Source of the DNA: a plasmid
Reading direction: 5' to 3' (one strand)
Length of the DNA stretch: 64,000 bases
Sequence record: NZ_CP110904.1
The translations under genes were made by a program, and so were the position numbers. Shown piece after piece: positions 49,271 to 60,249 of the stretch (its first letter is position 1; every line of letters begins with the position of its first letter). The notes under the pieces are model-generated. The model was not told the origin of the DNA, searched no databases, and worked only from the letters and a program-made list of their open reading frames with translations.

Positions 49271-51727
49271 TTACTTCAGTTCCTCGATATTCAGCATAAA
49301 TTCTGACGTTCCGCTGACGCCGGAAATCGATGGGAAAATCGGGAAGCTGCGGCTGTCACCCAGACCCAGATCCAGCTGAACGTTTTTGCTCTCCCCTGGT
49401 GCTGCGGAAACCCCATTCACCGTAACGCCGAAGGCCGCATCCTTACGTACCGTCAGTATCGCGTCCTGTTTCCCTGTTGCGATAGAACCGTCCTTCTTGC
49501 GCAGCTGGCTGGCATACAGTACAGCCAGCGGCGTGTTGTCGGACGTTTTCAGGGCGGTACTGACGGAGATGGTCTTAAGGTTCTCCAGACGTACCAGGTT
49601 GTTCGGCAGGTAGTTAAATTCGACGGCGCTTTCTTTAACGTTGTTCATCTCGTCTTTGGCATACACGGTCAACGTGTAGGTTTCACCGTCATTAAGTGAC
49701 GGGAAGATCTTCGGGTAATTCGGTGTATAGAGATCATTTCCGAGATTTACCCAGGACAACTCAACAGCATCAGATACCGGTCCACCTCGAAGCGTCATGC
49801 GAGTTAACGAGGGTTTGGTCAGAGTATCTGCGAGCTGAATTCGGACGTTTTCCAAGCCGAACACTGTCACGTTGCTGGTGATAGGTTTGTTTTCGTAGTT
49901 GATACTGATGGACGGCGGCGAGTTATCGACCGTCACGGTTTTGTAGGCTAAGCTTCCCGTGTTGCTGAAAGAATCCTGGGCGTTGAGCTGCACGTTATAG
50001 CTGCCCTCCGGGATCTGTTTCAGGTTGAAGTCGTAAGTATAATTCCCGGTTGCTGTGTTACGCCCCGTTTGTTTTCCTGTCACGTTGATATCCGCGTTAT
50101 TGCGGGATTTGTCAGACAACCACACCCGGCTCAGTTTAACGGCATCGAAATACCATCCGTCTCCTGGCTCGTTGACGAATACCTGAAGAATGTTGGTCGC
50201 ATCATTGTAGTTGTAGCCAGTAACTGTGGGCCCCTTTGTATGCCAGGCGATGTTTTCCCAGAGCGGCATGAAGAAGGTGGACTCGGTTGTCGAACGCACT
50301 TCATAGGCAGTATGTATATAGCCGGTGGTACCGTTTGTAATCGCCTGTGTCAGGTCGACAGTACACGACGTTGACCCGGCAGGGATCTTGCAGGTGGCAC
50401 TGCCGGTAATTGCTTGTTCGTAGGGGCGTGCTTGCACAGTGAAACGGATCTTGGTTAGGTTCACCGGCATATCTGAAGCCAGAAAATTTTTCCAGTCGAC
50501 GCTATTGAACCAAGTGCCGTCAGACTTCTGTCGCTCAATCGCAGGACTCCCCCACGCAGGACTTTTTACCGCCGCCGGGTCCCAGTTCAGCCAGGAGGCG
50601 TACTGAGTCAGACCGCCACCGGCCCATTGGTACCTGTTCACAGGGCGATAGTAGTTTCCATCCAGAGTACCCTGTGGGAGCTTCACTTCTACGTACACAT
50701 AGGTCGTGTCTTCTGAAATAACCTTAGAGCCGCCATAATTGTTAAGAATGGTGATGCCGCCGTTACGGTATGGCTGCCAGTTAGTTCGGGGAATACGAAT
50801 GACCATCCGGTACGGGTTTTCGAGTACAGAGAGCCCCCGCACAAACGGTACGTACCCTGAAGAGATCCCTGGAACCACACTCGTACTGACTCGTGAGTCA
50901 TGGACCGCAAAGGGCGTATATTCACCTATCTGGTCATCAAATAAAAAGCGCTGCGGAGGAATATTCAGCGTGTTTCCGGCTTTATCCGTGATGATAAAAT
51001 TGAAGGTGAACTCTTCATTAAGATCGCTGGTGGGCATGCCAGGTTGAGTGACCGCACCCATGATCCAAGGGTAAAAGGCGCGTTTTGCCGCCGAGTCGTA
51101 ACTGAGTTTATTGTCGGATACGACTGCCCCATTACTGCGCTTGATGACCAGCCGGATCTTTTCTATACCATTTGCATCATCCACTCCATCAGCAAAGATA
51201 GAAAACTGTCCAGATCCTCCGCGCCCGAGCTCCCAGAGGGGACCACTCAGTACCATGTCATAGCCTGCGTCCTGGCTCGGGTAAATGCGGGTGTACTTCG
51301 GTGCCGTGGTATCGATGGTGAAATGATACGTAGAGGAACTGACGACGGCTTGCTGGAGATCCAGCGTATCGTTGACGATTGTAAAAGCCCCTTCCCCGAG
51401 AGCAGGTAACATCATGTCCTTACCGTAATACTCCGTGCCGTCTGCTGCCACTATGCGGTCGGCGACGCTTATCTTTGTCGTCAGTGCGGAATACATGACC
51501 TTTTTGTCACTGTCTCTGGTCACACTCACTCGTTCGTACCGGTCGAGGCCGGAGATTAGATTCAGGTTCAGTGTGCTTGCCGGATTGAGATAGCTCAGCG
51601 TGGAAGGCTTAAGCGTCTTTGCCAGCTGATTGGTGTCGGTATACGAATAGCTGAAAATCTGAGCCGCCGCCGGAAAAGCTGAAGCTATGGCCATACCAAT
51701 TATGCAGCCTGCCAGTGTTTTACGCAT
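49271..51727 (-). CDS. secreted Ig-like repeat protein, family member 2 (818 aa)
   Basis: Signal peptide and the same conserved N- and C-terminal domains. RBS GGGAG. Confidence 0.7.
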   Translation of the reverse strand: MRKTLAGCIIGMAIASAFPAAAQIFSYSYTDTNQLAKTLKPSTLSYLNPASTLNLNLISGLDRYERVSVTRDSDKKVMYSALTTKISVADRIVAADGTEYYGKDMMLPALGEGAFTIVNDTLDLQQAVVSSSTYHFTIDTTAPKYTRIYPSQDAGYDMVLSGPLWELGRGGSGQFSIFADGVDDANGIEKIRLVIKRSNGAVVSDNKLSYDSAAKRAFYPWIMGAVTQPGMPTSDLNEEFTFNFIITDKAGNTLNIPPQRFLFDDQIGEYTPFAVHDSRVSTSVVPGISSGYVPFVRGLSVLENPYRMVIRIPRTNWQPYRNGGITILNNYGGSKVISEDTTYVYVEVKLPQGTLDGNYYRPVNRYQWAGGGLTQYASWLNWDPAAVKSPAWGSPAIERQKSDGTWFNSVDWKNFLASDMPVNLTKIRFTVQARPYEQAITGSATCKIPAGSTSCTVDLTQAITNGTTGYIHTAYEVRSTTESTFFMPLWENIAWHTKGPTVTGYNYNDATNILQVFVNEPGDGWYFDAVKLSRVWLSDKSRNNADINVTGKQTGRNTATGNYTYDFNLKQIPEGSYNVQLNAQDSFSNTGSLAYKTVTVDNSPPSISINYENKPITSNVTVFGLENVRIQLADTLTKPSLTRMTLRGGPVSDAVELSWVNLGNDLYTPNYPKIFPSLNDGETYTLTVYAKDEMNNVKESAVEFNYLPNNLVRLENLKTISVSTALKTSDNTPLAVLYASQLRKKDGSIATGKQDAILTVRKDAAFGVTVNGVSAAPGESKNVQLDLGLGDSRSFPIFPSISGVSGTSEFMLNIEELK

Positions 51728-51903
51728 GTGATGCTCCCGGGATGAAATTTGTCCCTATTTTACGAAATCTTTGCTTCTGGCCTTGCTGGTTAGCAGGTGT
51801 ATTTCATGGCTTTAAACTCTTGGAAATGTCCGTTATGACAACGTTGGGGGGCAAAAATTGCCAATGGATTGACCATTGAGATGGATCTGCACCACGGTGA
51901 GGA

Positions 51904-51914
51904 AAAGTAACTTT
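51904..51914. repeat. AAAGTAACTTT palindromic repeat, copy l
   Basis: In the intergenic region between family members 2 and 3. Confidence 0.6.
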
Positions 51915-52041
51915 TTCGTACACGAACAAGCTCTCAAAAATTAATGTTTTGATGTGAATGCCACAGTGCGGAAAATGAAGTTATGGGTGAGGGTTTGGTT
52001 ATATTTCAGCAAGGTGCCGACTTAACGGCACCCTGAAATGT

Positions 52042-54429
52042 TCAAAACTGCGGGAATTCAACGGCAAATTCAGATGTACCAGAAACGCCACTCTTTCCTG
52101 GTGTGACAGAATAAATACGTTCTTCACCCTGCCCCATATCAAAAATGATTGCCTTTGTCTCTCCTGGCTCAACGGTTACGCCAGCTACACTTACCGGGAA
52201 GTCAGCATCTTTCCGCACGGACAGCGTACCGTTTAACTGCCCGGTAATGACAGAACCATCTTTTCGGCGAAGTACGCTTGTCCGGATAAAAGCCAGTGGC
52301 TGGTTATCCGTGGTCTTTAGTGCAGCCGCAGTAGCAAGGGTACGTAGCCTGTCCAGAGTGATCATGTTTGCTGGTTGATAGAGGAAATTGAGCTTTTTCG
52401 AGGACCGGTTTCCAGAGGCATCGACTGCGTGAGCTTCAATTGTATAAATGCCATCCTCTTTTGCTATTACGGGAAAGATACGCGGGTACTCTGGCGTATA
52501 AACTCCTGAGCCCTGACTGGAATAAGCTAATGTCACCTGTTCACTGTTTGGTCCACCGCTCAACACCAGTGATTCAAGCGAGGCGTCACCTGAAGGGTCA
52601 GCTACACTAATTCTGAGGTTTTCTAGTCCCTTAATCAGTTTGCCTTCAGGATCATCATTCAGATACCGGTAGGATATTAGAGGGGCAGTGGAGTCAATGG
52701 TAAGCAAATCATTTATCACGTAGTTTGCCGTGTTGCCCACAAGATCTCTTGCATAGGCGGACAGAACGGTATATTTGCCGTCCGGCAGATCAGCATAGGA
52801 AATGACCGCGTTTTTTGTTTTAAAATCACTCTCTGTCCATGTCCTGGCGGGTAGGTCAATCACATTCCCCGTTTCGGTTTTAAGCACCACGCCAAATTCT
52901 CGGGTATCCCATGCTCCTATTTGCCATCCATTTATCCGGTCATCATCAGTAACCGTCATGGTTACATTTTTATCCATACGGTTAATTTTTACGGCGTTAA
53001 TAACCGGTGGGTTGTTATCCCAAATAACTACGAATGCCCCAGCCAGATTATCATAAATAGCTGTACCGTCTTTACCTGAGACCAGATGGATGTATTGCAT
53101 CCCCTTATCGGAAGTAAAGGTATAATCCACGTTCATGGTACAACCAGTGCTTCCTACCGGGATAAGGCAGTACCAGTTACGGTTCGAATTAGCTGCAACC
53201 CGTTGTACATAGTTACGAGGTTCGGTAGTCACGCGTATTTGGGTAAATTTGGCAGTTCTTACATTCCCAGTAGCACTGCTCCATTTACCGGTATCACTAC
53301 GAAAAATTTCTTTGCTTGTGACCTTTGGTGCAAGTTCCATGGTTGGGGAAGGAGTGAAAGATAACTCAGAGTGATGGTACCGACGAACGCCTCCCGCAAG
53401 TGTCTGGAATTCGTGATAAATATCACCGGTACTGGGGAAAACAAAATTGAACGAATAAATATTATATGTGCTGTCAGAACTTTGATAATTGGCATCTGCC
53501 CACCCAAAGCTTGTTTTATTAGCAGCAGTAAAGTTACTTTTATTCCTGAGTACCCGCAATGATATTGGATTACTGTAAACAGTTATCCCAGCTGAGTAGT
53601 TTTCCCAGGTATTTGTCCTGGTATTAAGCACCTGTAGAACAGAAGGAGGGTTGACCCGATCAATCACACTTTGTCTGCTTACTGATGCTTTATTTCCTGC
53701 CTTGTCATAAACATAAAGGCCCATACGGTATTCAGACTGAGAAGCTGGCGCCAGGGCTGGATCGCTCGCAGTAGTATTTTGGACGGTTACTGAATTATCG
53801 ACCAGGTTAATTACAGCCCCTCTCTTTCGTTCAACGCCGTTCGAATCGACAAGAAAGTACTCAGCCCGGTCGAGACCAGAGCGACTGTCTGAAAGGCCTG
53901 AAAAGACGAGAGCCTGAACAGAGGCATACTGCATACCTGAAGGAACGCTGGTAAAGATGGCTTCGCTACCATATTGCCATCCATTTCGCGTATATCCAAT
54001 TGTGCTAGTTTTAGGGGGAGTGCGGTCGATAGATATAACGTAGTCCCGGCGAGAAATTTCATTATTTTGGAGATCTGTGATCACTTCCCTCAGGGTGTAA
54101 TTATCTTCACCAAACGCAGGGACACTTAACCTTTTTCCATAATAGTCATACCCGCTACTGGAGGTCATACGGTCATCAACCGTAACTTTGCTACTTTTCG
54201 TGCTCCACAAGCTTGCACCGTTGACATTAAGTAACGACAACTGGACGTACCGGTCTAAGCCGGAGATTACATCAGCCTCGAATGAGGTTGCTGGATTAAT
54301 CCACTGCACAGATGGAACAACAATCTTTGGTTGATTCTGAGTGTCATTGAATCTTAACTCTGCAATCTCAGCTTGTGCCGTAAACGAAAAAGCTATGAGT
54401 GGTGCTAAAAGTATCGCCCTGCATTTCAT
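52042..54429 (-). CDS. secreted Ig-like repeat protein, family member 3 (about 795 aa)
   Basis: Starts MKCRAILL with RBS GGGGGAGG. The ORF track gives 54456. Confidence 0.7.
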   Translation of the reverse strand: MKCRAILLAPLIAFSFTAQAEIAELRFNDTQNQPKIVVPSVQWINPATSFEADVISGLDRYVQLSLLNVNGASLWSTKSSKVTVDDRMTSSSGYDYYGKRLSVPAFGEDNYTLREVITDLQNNEISRRDYVISIDRTPPKTSTIGYTRNGWQYGSEAIFTSVPSGMQYASVQALVFSGLSDSRSGLDRAEYFLVDSNGVERKRGAVINLVDNSVTVQNTTASDPALAPASQSEYRMGLYVYDKAGNKASVSRQSVIDRVNPPSVLQVLNTRTNTWENYSAGITVYSNPISLRVLRNKSNFTAANKTSFGWADANYQSSDSTYNIYSFNFVFPSTGDIYHEFQTLAGGVRRYHHSELSFTPSPTMELAPKVTSKEIFRSDTGKWSSATGNVRTAKFTQIRVTTEPRNYVQRVAANSNRNWYCLIPVGSTGCTMNVDYTFTSDKGMQYIHLVSGKDGTAIYDNLAGAFVVIWDNNPPVINAVKINRMDKNVTMTVTDDDRINGWQIGAWDTREFGVVLKTETGNVIDLPARTWTESDFKTKNAVISYADLPDGKYTVLSAYARDLVGNTANYVINDLLTIDSTAPLISYRYLNDDPEGKLIKGLENLRISVADPSGDASLESLVLSGGPNSEQVTLAYSSQGSGVYTPEYPRIFPVIAKEDGIYTIEAHAVDASGNRSSKKLNFLYQPANMITLDRLRTLATAAALKTTDNQPLAFIRTSVLRRKDGSVITGQLNGTLSVRKDADFPVSVAGVTVEPGETKAIIFDMGQGEERIYSVTPGKSGVSGTSEFAVEFPQF
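53530..53540. repeat. AAAGTTACTTT palindromic repeat, copy m (inside a gene)
   Basis: Exact palindrome. Confidence 0.45.
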
Positions 54430-54865
54430 GATTATCCTCCCCCAGTCAGGTATCAATCATACCAAGTGAGCAAGGCTAACTTTTCTGGGAAGGGGATATA
54501 AAAAACAAGAAAAAAAGAGTGAAATGTTCGCCAATAAAAGCAGGAATGCGAAGTGCTTAACATGCACTATTAATCACAGTTTATCTCATCCTGAGTAATA
54601 ACCACTGCTCGGGCTCCCCGCTATCTTGTAGGGAGCCCATAAAGGGAGCAATCTGTACCAACTCCTTTAACAGGTTAGTTTTCAAACCAGGGCGAATCGG
54701 CAGCGTTGGCGGAGTCTTCACTTTGCGGTGACTCTCCCAGAAATTGCACTTCATGTACCGGTTTACTTTTCCCCAGGCTCTGCTGGAAATCATCCATCAT
54801 AAATTCAACATCATTTTGGTCCTCTGGCAGGCCAGGTGAGATTTCAGACATGGTCTTTCCTTCAG

Positions 54866-56542
54866 TTAAAGGCATTCTACATACAGAACACGGACGGAGA
54901 CGGCAGTGTTGTCAAACTCGTTATCGAAGGTGTCCATCCATTCAGCACGGTATCCCTCGCCCAGCAGGTTATCGATCCCCTGAAGGGATAGCGGCAGGAC
55001 GGCCGCTAAACGCCCGCCGGAAACGAGATGAGACGCAGCGGCCAGTAGATGGAGTTTAGCCCGGTTGTCAGCAAAAGGTGGGTTCATCACCACGCAGTCG
55101 AATTTCTGATTTGGGTTCGCTGCTGACCATGCCAGAAAATCGGCCTCCGTTGTATCGTAACCTTTAGCTCGGGAGACCAGACAATTTAGTGTATCCAGTT
55201 CGATGCCGGTAACGTTGACGCTCTTAGGAAAACATTGCAGCAAATCCCCGTGCCCGATGCTTGGCTCTAGCAGTCGCTCCCCCTCCCCGGTCGCAATAAT
55301 GGATGCGACGTATTCACTGAGTCGCAGCGATGAAGGGTAAAACTGGTGGGATACAATATCGGGCATGGCACCCATATGACCGATGAAGCGCATCACTTCG
55401 GTCGGGTCATAATCAAATGTCACATGGTAGCTAGTAATCCGGGCACCGAGGAACCGCAGAACCTCCGCGTTCACCTGCCGCGTTTTATCAGCGAACTCAC
55501 CGGCATAACCGAGCGATGTCCAGCTGGACCATTCCTTTTCATTCCGAGTGAATTCCAGCTCTGCGAGCTGCATCCGTGAATGAAAATCGATGCAGCGTTT
55601 CAGTGCCGGGAACTCCTGCAACGTGGCTTTGTAATGGGCTAAGCGTTCAGTAGGCAGCGCCAGAGGGACAATGGCAGCAAGAATGTTGTTAAGCCGTTCT
55701 GCAATATCAGGATGTACATCAATGTGCATCGAACCATTCTTGTAAACCCGAAAACGAATACTGTTGCCATCCAGGCTGATCCAATTTCTGAACCCAGCAT
55801 GACCAACCATATTCTCAACCATTTTTTTCGTGTCATAGACCGGTTTAACTGTTTCTCCCCGGAAATAAGAACAGATCACCCGCAGTTCCGACAGTGGCAT
55901 GAGTCCTGATTCTTTGAATTCAACTTTAAGTTTTACCCACTTGTCTTTCACCCCTTCACAGACGCCGACGGTGATCATGCGGGTTGAGAAACCAAAAGCT
56001 TTATTGGTTTTGTGGTGACGGCTTAATGATTGAAAAACGGCATAGACGCGCTCTTTAATGAACTGATGCCGGTCATTGAGCAATGTGACAACCGTGGCAA
56101 CTACTGCATCGAGTGTAAACTCAGGGATCTCTTGCGGAGGCCGGTGATACCGGTCAGCAGTAAATTGCTTGTCCCATTCGTTCTTTTTTTCGTCAGACAT
56201 CACGGACAGCACATCGGTAAGGGCCATTACCCGCTTCCAGTACTCAGAACGAAGTGCATTTTCTGCGTACAGGGCATCTGTTTCTGAAATGAGATGGTTA
56301 TAGCCCGAGAGGTAGGAATAGAGCTTCTGATTTCCGTATTTCATAAACTGAGTGGACATGGACCTCAGTAAACTAAGCTCTTCGTTATAGGATTCGACCT
56401 GGCTGGCAATGATGCCAAGCTCTTCCCGCATTTCGGGCAGAAAGTTATCCTCGTTAACACTGAGGCCAGTTAGGGGCATACAAGCGACCAGAGAGTTCCC
56501 TGGGGCGCCAATTTGGGGGAAATTAGATTCAACAGCAGACAT
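54866..56542 (-). CDS. N6-adenine DNA methyltransferase (gamma-class, NPPF) with a roughly 370-aa N-terminal domain of unknown function
   Basis: C-terminal EPSIGHGDLL (motif I) ... DCVVMNPPF (motif IV). RBS AAAGGA. Downstream of the ParB-like gene in the same operon. Confidence 0.75.
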   Translation of the reverse strand: MSAVESNFPQIGAPGNSLVACMPLTGLSVNEDNFLPEMREELGIIASQVESYNEELSLLRSMSTQFMKYGNQKLYSYLSGYNHLISETDALYAENALRSEYWKRVMALTDVLSVMSDEKKNEWDKQFTADRYHRPPQEIPEFTLDAVVATVVTLLNDRHQFIKERVYAVFQSLSRHHKTNKAFGFSTRMITVGVCEGVKDKWVKLKVEFKESGLMPLSELRVICSYFRGETVKPVYDTKKMVENMVGHAGFRNWISLDGNSIRFRVYKNGSMHIDVHPDIAERLNNILAAIVPLALPTERLAHYKATLQEFPALKRCIDFHSRMQLAELEFTRNEKEWSSWTSLGYAGEFADKTRQVNAEVLRFLGARITSYHVTFDYDPTEVMRFIGHMGAMPDIVSHQFYPSSLRLSEYVASIIATGEGERLLEPSIGHGDLLQCFPKSVNVTGIELDTLNCLVSRAKGYDTTEADFLAWSAANPNQKFDCVVMNPPFADNRAKLHLLAAASHLVSGGRLAAVLPLSLQGIDNLLGEGYRAEWMDTFDNEFDNTAVSVRVLYVECL

Positions 56543-56807
56543 AGTATCAGTCCTTTATGTAGGAATTATCTATTACCAGGATATCAACCTCGTTCAAAAA
56601 GCTAATAGGTTGGGCGACATAAAAATCTCGAAAGTTGCGCTGCGGGAGGTAGGACAGACAGATGTCGTTTTAATGAAGAGAAAGCGTGCCGGAGACAGGA
56701 CAAAAAAAAGCCCCTACTTAGTAGGGGCAATGGGCGAGAGCCTGGGTGGCTCGTTCTTGAATATCGTACTTCTAATTATGTGCTACTCATAAGTTGAAAT
56801 GCTTAAT

Positions 56808-57962
56808 TCAAGCCTGTGCTGGTGGTGCTTCAGATTGTGGTTCTCCGCCAGTATTTGTGTTTTTCGCGGATTTGTAAGTCACTTTCTCCCCTTTCAATCG
56901 AGCTTGCCGATTTTCGACCCGGCGAAGCTGCTTGTTTTCTGCTTCAGTGATCTCACTTTGCAGGTTCTTGAGCATCTCCAGCATGCTTCGGTTCAACGTA
57001 AAGGAAATTTCTTCATCTTCGCTGGAGTCGGTCACTTCGGGAAGTTGGATATCACCGAGTTTCTGCAACAAACTCGTAGTGATGAGTTTGACCCCTTCTA
57101 CGGCTTTTGTGGCGAGAACAGGTGGAACACGTGCCGGTTTAAAATCGGAAGGGACAACACGAATACTGCCACGTGGCGTCTTCTTAATCTTGATACCGCT
57201 TGAATCAGCTTTCTCAAGCTCGGCGATCATTTTTTCGATACGAGAGATGGCTTCCGTTTCACCGAACTCATCAATAAGGGATAGGACTGCAACATAGGAA
57301 ATAGCATCGGCATGGATTAATTTTTTGATGTAGACAGAGCATCCGGTCAGACGAATGAGAGCAGCAATGGTTGTACTACTCTTGCCCTCACGTTCGGCAA
57401 TACGATCAAGCGACCATCCGCCCAGCGCCTGAAGACGTCTGTAGGATTCACCCAGTGCCACTGGAGAAAGAGCCAGACCACGGTTCCCGTCAATTGTCGT
57501 CAGTTCGCAGCTGATCTCATCGGCTTTCATCTCGATGCAAAGAATGGTGAGGTCAGTATGTCCTTCTGCCTGAGCCATTAAAGCCGCTTTTAAACGGCAA
57601 TGGCCCTGGCGAACGTACGGAATACCGTCTTTGATCAGAACGCGTATAGGGTCAACGTAATCACCCCGGATGAATGCACACTTGATGTTATTGAGATGAT
57701 CTACGACTTCCGGCAGCTGGTAATATGCCTCCCCCATCCCCATCTCACGGGAGTTGAAGCCTGGCGAGATTTGAACCACTGAAGGGTTGATAGCCCAAGC
57801 TTTTTGTTCAGTGACTTCATTACAAAGGTCAGGGTTCGCGTCGCGGAACTGCTTCATGCCACTGACGAATCGGCCGGAACCTGTCACTGTTGAAAATGAC
57901 ACGAGGGGTGATTTAAAGACCCGTGAGTTAGTTTGCTGGGAATCAGTCATCAGATCACTCAT
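56808..57962 (-). CDS. ParB-like nuclease-domain (ParB/Srx) protein with HTH, 384 aa
   Basis: IRGDYVDPIRVLIKDGIPYVRQGHCRLKAA ParB N-terminal motif followed by an HTH. Confidence 0.7.
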   Translation of the reverse strand: MSDLMTDSQQTNSRVFKSPLVSFSTVTGSGRFVSGMKQFRDANPDLCNEVTEQKAWAINPSVVQISPGFNSREMGMGEAYYQLPEVVDHLNNIKCAFIRGDYVDPIRVLIKDGIPYVRQGHCRLKAALMAQAEGHTDLTILCIEMKADEISCELTTIDGNRGLALSPVALGESYRRLQALGGWSLDRIAEREGKSSTTIAALIRLTGCSVYIKKLIHADAISYVAVLSLIDEFGETEAISRIEKMIAELEKADSSGIKIKKTPRGSIRVVPSDFKPARVPPVLATKAVEGVKLITTSLLQKLGDIQLPEVTDSSEDEEISFTLNRSMLEMLKNLQSEITEAENKQLRRVENRQARLKGEKVTYKSAKNTNTGGEPQSEAPPAQA

Positions 57963-58301
57963 AGATACTCCGTTGTATTCTTTTTTGCCATACCTTTCAT
58001 CTGTGCGTGAATACTACCGGAAAAAAAAATCTCACTTTTTCGTTAAAAAGGTACTTTTGGGGTTTATTCCGAATTTCGCGAAGCAAAACGTTCTGATGCT
58101 CAGACCTAAAAGATTAAATAAACAATTAAAAACAAATGTTTATGCGAGCTAAGAAGGTAGTTAACTTTTTTGCCAAAAAGTGAAAAAAAATAAAAAAATG
58201 TGTCGGAATGAAAATTTCTTTCACAACACCCGCGATTTTCCCTGCTTAAACCTTGTTGGTTGTAATCCGGCTTTCGGTACCATAAGGGTGACATACCGAT
58301 A

Positions 58302-59147
58302 ATGCTTAAAGGAGAATACGCGTTGCGAAAACATACACCAATCATCAAATGGGCGGGGGGTAAAACCAAACTGATGCCATTCATCAGTCAGCATTTCCCA
58401 CATGATCAGAGCCGTCGGTGGGTCGAACCATTTATCGGCGGGGGCGCTGTGTTCCTTAACATGTTTGCCACCGATGCACTCTTGGCAGACAGTAATCCGG
58501 ATCTAATCAATCTGTACCGCAACATCCAGCGGAATAAATCGGCATTCATCAGAGAAGTGAATCTTCTGGCGGAAAGGGAATTTGATAAAGAGGATTACTT
58601 AAAGCTGAGGAACACGTTTAACAGCACCAGTTTGGATGATGCCCCGCTGCAACGAGCAGTCCTTTTCTACGCAATGAACCGACTCGGATATAACGGCCTG
58701 TGTCGTTACAATCTGAAACGTAAGTACTCAGTTCCGTGGGGGAATCGATCCAAGTTAACTCTGGACCCCCAGAAAGTCGATTATCTCTCATTCAGACTTT
58801 CTGGCGTTGAGCTGACAACCGCAGATTTTGGTCTGACGTTGGAGAGTGCTGGTGGTTGTGACCAAATTTATTGCGATCCGCCTTATGATAAAATCAGCAA
58901 AACCAGCTTTGTCAGTTATGACGGCATACCGTTCAATAAGAGCGCACATGTTAAACTGGCGGATATGCTGGTGGCAGCTCATCGTAAAGGGGCTTCAGTG
59001 GCCATATCCAACAGCTTGACTCCCTTTACGCTGGAGCTCTATGAAGAACGCGGTTTTGAAATTCATACTCTCAATGCTTACCGTTCTGTCGGCAGTCAAT
59101 CAAAATCGCGAAAAAAGGAAAAAGAGATCCTGGCTGTCCTTCGTTAA
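58302..59147 (+). CDS. Dam-family (alpha-class, DPPY) N6-adenine DNA methyltransferase
   Basis: IKWAGGKTKL, VEPFIGGGAVFLN, RLGYNGLCRYN and YCDPPYD are collinear with E. coli Dam. A possible TTG start at 58323 follows the AAGGAG RBS. Confidence 0.85.
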   Translation: MLKGEYALRKHTPIIKWAGGKTKLMPFISQHFPHDQSRRWVEPFIGGGAVFLNMFATDALLADSNPDLINLYRNIQRNKSAFIREVNLLAEREFDKEDYLKLRNTFNSTSLDDAPLQRAVLFYAMNRLGYNGLCRYNLKRKYSVPWGNRSKLTLDPQKVDYLSFRLSGVELTTADFGLTLESAGGCDQIYCDPPYDKISKTSFVSYDGIPFNKSAHVKLADMLVAAHRKGASVAISNSLTPFTLELYEERGFEIHTLNAYRSVGSQSKSRKKEKEILAVLR

Positions 59148-59161
59148 GTGACAGTCAGTGG

Positions 59162-59983
59162 TTAGTCGATCGGGCTTATCCATTCCTCAAAGCTCAAAAC
59201 TTCGGAATGGTCCCGACTGGCATAAGGAATAAACTGAAGCTCTTCGATGGACCGCTCCCCTCTCTTACCTTCACAAATAAACGATATAAGCCCCAGATCT
59301 GCAAGTTGGGTAAGAACATGCATGATTCGTACGTTCACCGTCTGCAACTGAAGAGCGTTAGCAATATCGGTAATTTTATGGGAATGGCGCCGAGACTTTC
59401 GCAAATATTCAAAAATGACAAGTTGGGTATTACGTCTCTTCAATAACTTCTCGGTCATAAATTCCTGAATTAACCCCCCAAGTAACACCAAGATCGGCCG
59501 CAGCACACCAGGGAACATCAAAGTATAAGACTGTGATGTTTTGATCAGTGTAAAGGACGTCAGAAAGCTAAAGTTCAGGCGCTTCTTTGAATACGGGATA
59601 TATACGGCCAATGTAGTCGACAAGTGAGTAAGTAATTCTTCCAGATGATCCAATGTGATCATTGCTGTTTTATCGGTATTACGCAGACCGTGATAATCAA
59701 TAAATGCCACTCTGGCACGACTCAGCCATTCATGTATGTTAATGGATACAGTGAACGGAGCATTTTCATCGACAACGTTGGCGGCATGATCAGCGAGCTG
59801 GTTGTGGATTAGCATAGACAGCTGGTAAAACGGAAACCGGCAGGATGGATGACACTGTAGTCCCGTTAGGGTAAGTTTTGTAGTACTCGAGCCATTTAGC
59901 GGAAAAGTAACTTTCCGGGATATAATTTTTGCTGACGCTCTTGCTGACTTGCAGATGAACCCAAGTCCAAGATCATTTTGCAT
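59162..59983 (-). CDS. 273-aa protein with a C-terminal winged-helix, convergent with the Dam-family methyltransferase; candidate restriction endonuclease or methylation-reader
   Basis: RBS GGAG. AT-rich codon usage like the methyltransferase gene. No nuclease motif could be confirmed by eye. Confidence 0.35.
   Translation of the reverse strand: MQNDLGLGFICKSARASAKIISRKVTFPLNGSSTTKLTLTGLQCHPSCRFPFYQLSMLIHNQLADHAANVVDENAPFTVSINIHEWLSRARVAFIDYHGLRNTDKTAMITLDHLEELLTHLSTTLAVYIPYSKKRLNFSFLTSFTLIKTSQSYTLMFPGVLRPILVLLGGLIQEFMTEKLLKRRNTQLVIFEYLRKSRRHSHKITDIANALQLQTVNVRIMHVLTQLADLGLISFICEGKRGERSIEELQFIPYASRDHSEVLSFEEWISPID
59904..59914. repeat. AAAGTAACTTT palindromic repeat, copy n (inside the 5-prime end of a gene)
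   Basis: Exact palindrome followed by CCGGGA. Confidence 0.45.
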
Positions 59984-60249
59984 ACATCACTCCGTTTTAA
60001 CAAAATCGCCTTAACCTGAATGTTAAGGAGAATAAAATTAAATATATAATTAATAAGATTATCATTTTTAATTTAAAAGATTAGTTAATAACGGGTGTTG
60101 AATTTAAAGAAATAGGCATATTTTTCGGAGTTTAAAACCGGGTAAAAACCCGATGCGTGAGCAACAAATTTGACGTGAGTGAGTCGGCACGACAGTGCAG
60201 AAAGCCTGTGGCTAATGAATAAACACCCTGTATTTGGGAGTTCTGTTCA

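Noticed and set aside
49386-54062. Multiple 60-120-aa ORFs inside the Ig-like genes, on both strands
   Set aside because: Shadow ORFs within long, well-supported genes.
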